Assembly (NCBI GenBank): GCA_963735805.1
Contig: CAVTMK010000001.1
Coordinates: forward strand, 256,001 to 320,000
DNA: 64,000 nucleotides
Reading direction: 5' to 3'
Origin: an uncultured Verrucomicrobiae bacterium
GTDB taxonomy: Bacteria > Verrucomicrobiota > Verrucomicrobiia > Chthoniobacterales > UBA10450
Positions 62,140 through 64,000 of the stretch are shown in pieces (the stretch's first letter is position 1; the number at the start of each line of letters is the position of its first letter). The notes below the pieces were generated by a model that had not been told where the DNA came from, did no database searches, and was given only the letters and a program-made list of their open reading frames with translations. The position numbers and the translations under genes are program-made.

Positions 62140-62213
62140 TGCCTCGTGGTGTAATGGTAGCACTAGAGACTCTGAATCTCTCTGTCTAGGTTCGAATCCT
62201 AGCGAGGCAGCCA
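62140..62213 (+). tRNA. tRNA-Gln (CTG)
   Basis: Acceptor TGCCTCG/CGAGGCA, anticodon arm AGAGA-CTCTGAA-TCTCT, GGTTCGAATCC, encoded CCA. Confidence 0.97.
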
Positions 62214-62441
62214 TACTCCTCTCTTCGGCTTGCTCCTATTTTGTTGTTGCTGTGTTAAGCGCAAAAGAGACAGAATTCGATCGTAGCAAAGAAATGCCTC
62301 AACCACGTGTCTCTCGATGAACGCTCGCCCATTTAAGGAAAATCGAGCCTGAGCCGTCCCTGAAACGGGCTTTGTAGCACGCAGAGAGATGAATCACCCA
62401 GTTGGGGATAATCGCTTAATTAATTGTCTGGATAAGAAATT

Positions 62442-63629
62442 ATGTACCGCATCGCTCGTTTTGGCCTGATCGTCACGGTCGCGCTTTTGCCGGCAGCGAA
62501 AATTCTCGCACAGCAAGCACGGTCCGCCACTGGTCCGAATCTACAATCCAATGCGGGCGGCGAGGCAGCAGTAGTCAAGCGAGTGGTCGACGGCATCATG
62601 CAGCCGTACCTGGCCCAGGAACAACGGAGGGCCGGTGGCCGCCTATGGAGGCGATCTCCGTATCTGGGAACGATCGTTGCGGTTTCATTGCACGGCCATC
62701 GCTACTTCTTCCCATACGGGAAAGCTACGGACGCGGGCGCTCCGTTCACGAGCGACACTCTGGTGGAGATCGGCTCCTGCACCAAGACCTTCACCACCAC
62801 GCTTTTGGCGCTAGCCATCAACCGCAACCAAATCGTTCCAGACGCTTCCGCTCAGAAATACATGCCCACCGGTTACACGCTCCGGGCGCAGGACCTAACA
62901 CCGCTGGAGTTGGCAGACTTTACCTCCGGAATGCCGGACGATCCGACCAACCTGCCGCGCGGACTCGAACAGCGAAGCATCGAGCACTACACAGTGAAAG
63001 ATTTTCTCACCTGGGCTTCGAACTACGAACCGACGACCCGATTGCCTGCGCCCTATAAGTACTCCAACGCAGGAATCGGTCTGCTGAGCTACCTGGTCGC
63101 GACCGCGACGGGCAAGAACTGGGACGATCAGGTGATTACCGAGATTCTCCAACCGCTCGCCATGGCCGACACGACGCTGCGGCCCACGCCTGAACAGCAG
63201 GAGCGCCTGGCACAAGGACATAACCGCGCCGGCCAGAATGCGCCACGCTGGCCCGTCTACGCATGGTACGCTGCCGGCGGGCTGCGCTCGACGGCACACG
63301 ACATGATCAGTTTTAGCGAGGCCTATCTCGGCCATAACGAAGTGAATGAGAAACCGGTTTCCGCTGAATTGATCGCGGCGATGCAGCTGGCGCAAAAGCC
63401 GATCTTTACGATGCCGAACGGCAACAAGCAGGCGATGGCCTGGGTGAATAATATGGGCGGAGGCAATCCGAACCTTCATCCCGTGATTGTAAAGAACGGA
63501 GGAACGTCAGGATTCGGCACTGTCATCGCGATCAATCCAACCAAGGACGCAGCGATCTTCATCGGCATGAACCAGGTCGGAGCTAACCCAGCCGCGAAAG
63601 GGGTTGAAATCCTACGGCACCTCCCTTAG
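62442..63629 (+). CDS. Class C beta-lactamase-like serine hydrolase
   Basis: Signal peptide, EIGSCTKTFT (SxxK), YSN, KNGGTSGFG. Confidence 0.88.
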   Translation: MYRIARFGLIVTVALLPAAKILAQQARSATGPNLQSNAGGEAAVVKRVVDGIMQPYLAQEQRRAGGRLWRRSPYLGTIVAVSLHGHRYFFPYGKATDAGAPFTSDTLVEIGSCTKTFTTTLLALAINRNQIVPDASAQKYMPTGYTLRAQDLTPLELADFTSGMPDDPTNLPRGLEQRSIEHYTVKDFLTWASNYEPTTRLPAPYKYSNAGIGLLSYLVATATGKNWDDQVITEILQPLAMADTTLRPTPEQQERLAQGHNRAGQNAPRWPVYAWYAAGGLRSTAHDMISFSEAYLGHNEVNEKPVSAELIAAMQLAQKPIFTMPNGNKQAMAWVNNMGGGNPNLHPVIVKNGGTSGFGTVIAINPTKDAAIFIGMNQVGANPAAKGVEILRHLP

Positions 63630-63700
63630 CGATCGGTTACCGACCACTAAGTTCGGCGAAGCTCAGGTTCCAACACCTGCCCGCGTCGGCGAGATCGAGG

Positions 63701-63955
63701 CTAACACCGCCACTTGGCCATAAAGCTCACCATAGCTGCCACATAGGCTCGGAACGCTCTGAATCTGAGGTCGGGATGAAACGGGGCGAGGAACGAGGCG
63801 ACCGTAGTGTGGCCGTCCCGTATTGCCTCGGTTGCCAATTCAACCAACTGATCCGGATCGACTTTCTTGCGAGAGGGTGGCCTTCTCTCAACGGCGGACA
63901 GCCGCTTTGGTTTTCCCCTTCCGGGTCGGGAGAAGGCGGGAGAGTGCTTATCCAT
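63701..63955 (-). CDS. Hypothetical protein
   Basis: Short ORF at the window edge with no recognisable motif. Confidence 0.35.
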   Translation of the reverse strand: MDKHSPAFSRPGRGKPKRLSAVERRPPSRKKVDPDQLVELATEAIRDGHTTVASFLAPFHPDLRFRAFRAYVAAMVSFMAKWRC

Positions 63956-64000
63956 CCCGCTTTTATGGGCTCGTTCGGGGCGAAATTGCAAGTCAAAATT

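Noticed and set aside
1..64000. CRISPR arrays, transposases, integrases, prophage, rRNA
   Set aside because: No regular repeat-spacer arrays or matching protein motifs were seen.

Overview
Bacterial chromosomal window of moderately high GC. Gene content and style suggest a soil Verrucomicrobiota (Chthoniobacterales/Spartobacteria-like) genome; this is inference. In order it holds infC, a DsbA-like protein, a rhomboid protease, glgP, a copper cluster (CxxC/polyproline leader ORF, beta-barrel, copC, copD), a sirtuin, mgtE, a secreted heme peroxidase divergent from a LytS/LytTR pair, a full aroF-trpG-trpE(D)-trpC-trpF-trpB-trpA operon, an ~18 kb general-stress/desiccation cluster with several unannotated microproteins, LigC, TopIB, an AlkZ/YcaQ-like glycosylase, MscS-cNMP, H+-PPase, tRNA-Gln(CTG) and a class C-like beta-lactamase. 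Three observations stand out. (1) The heme peroxidase (15613-17898) is circularly permuted and appears inserted inside an Ig-like domain, with two oppositely oriented pairs of 21-bp-period LytTR-type boxes in the shared promoter region. (2) A probably leaderless CxxC/polyproline ORF and a structured spacer precede the copper genes, resembling CruR/CutF-type control. (3) An unannotated WWR leader peptide precedes a trp operon that has an unusual TrpE-TrpD fusion. Four single-base insertions (trpE, trpD, trpC, isochorismatase) are most likely sequencing errors.
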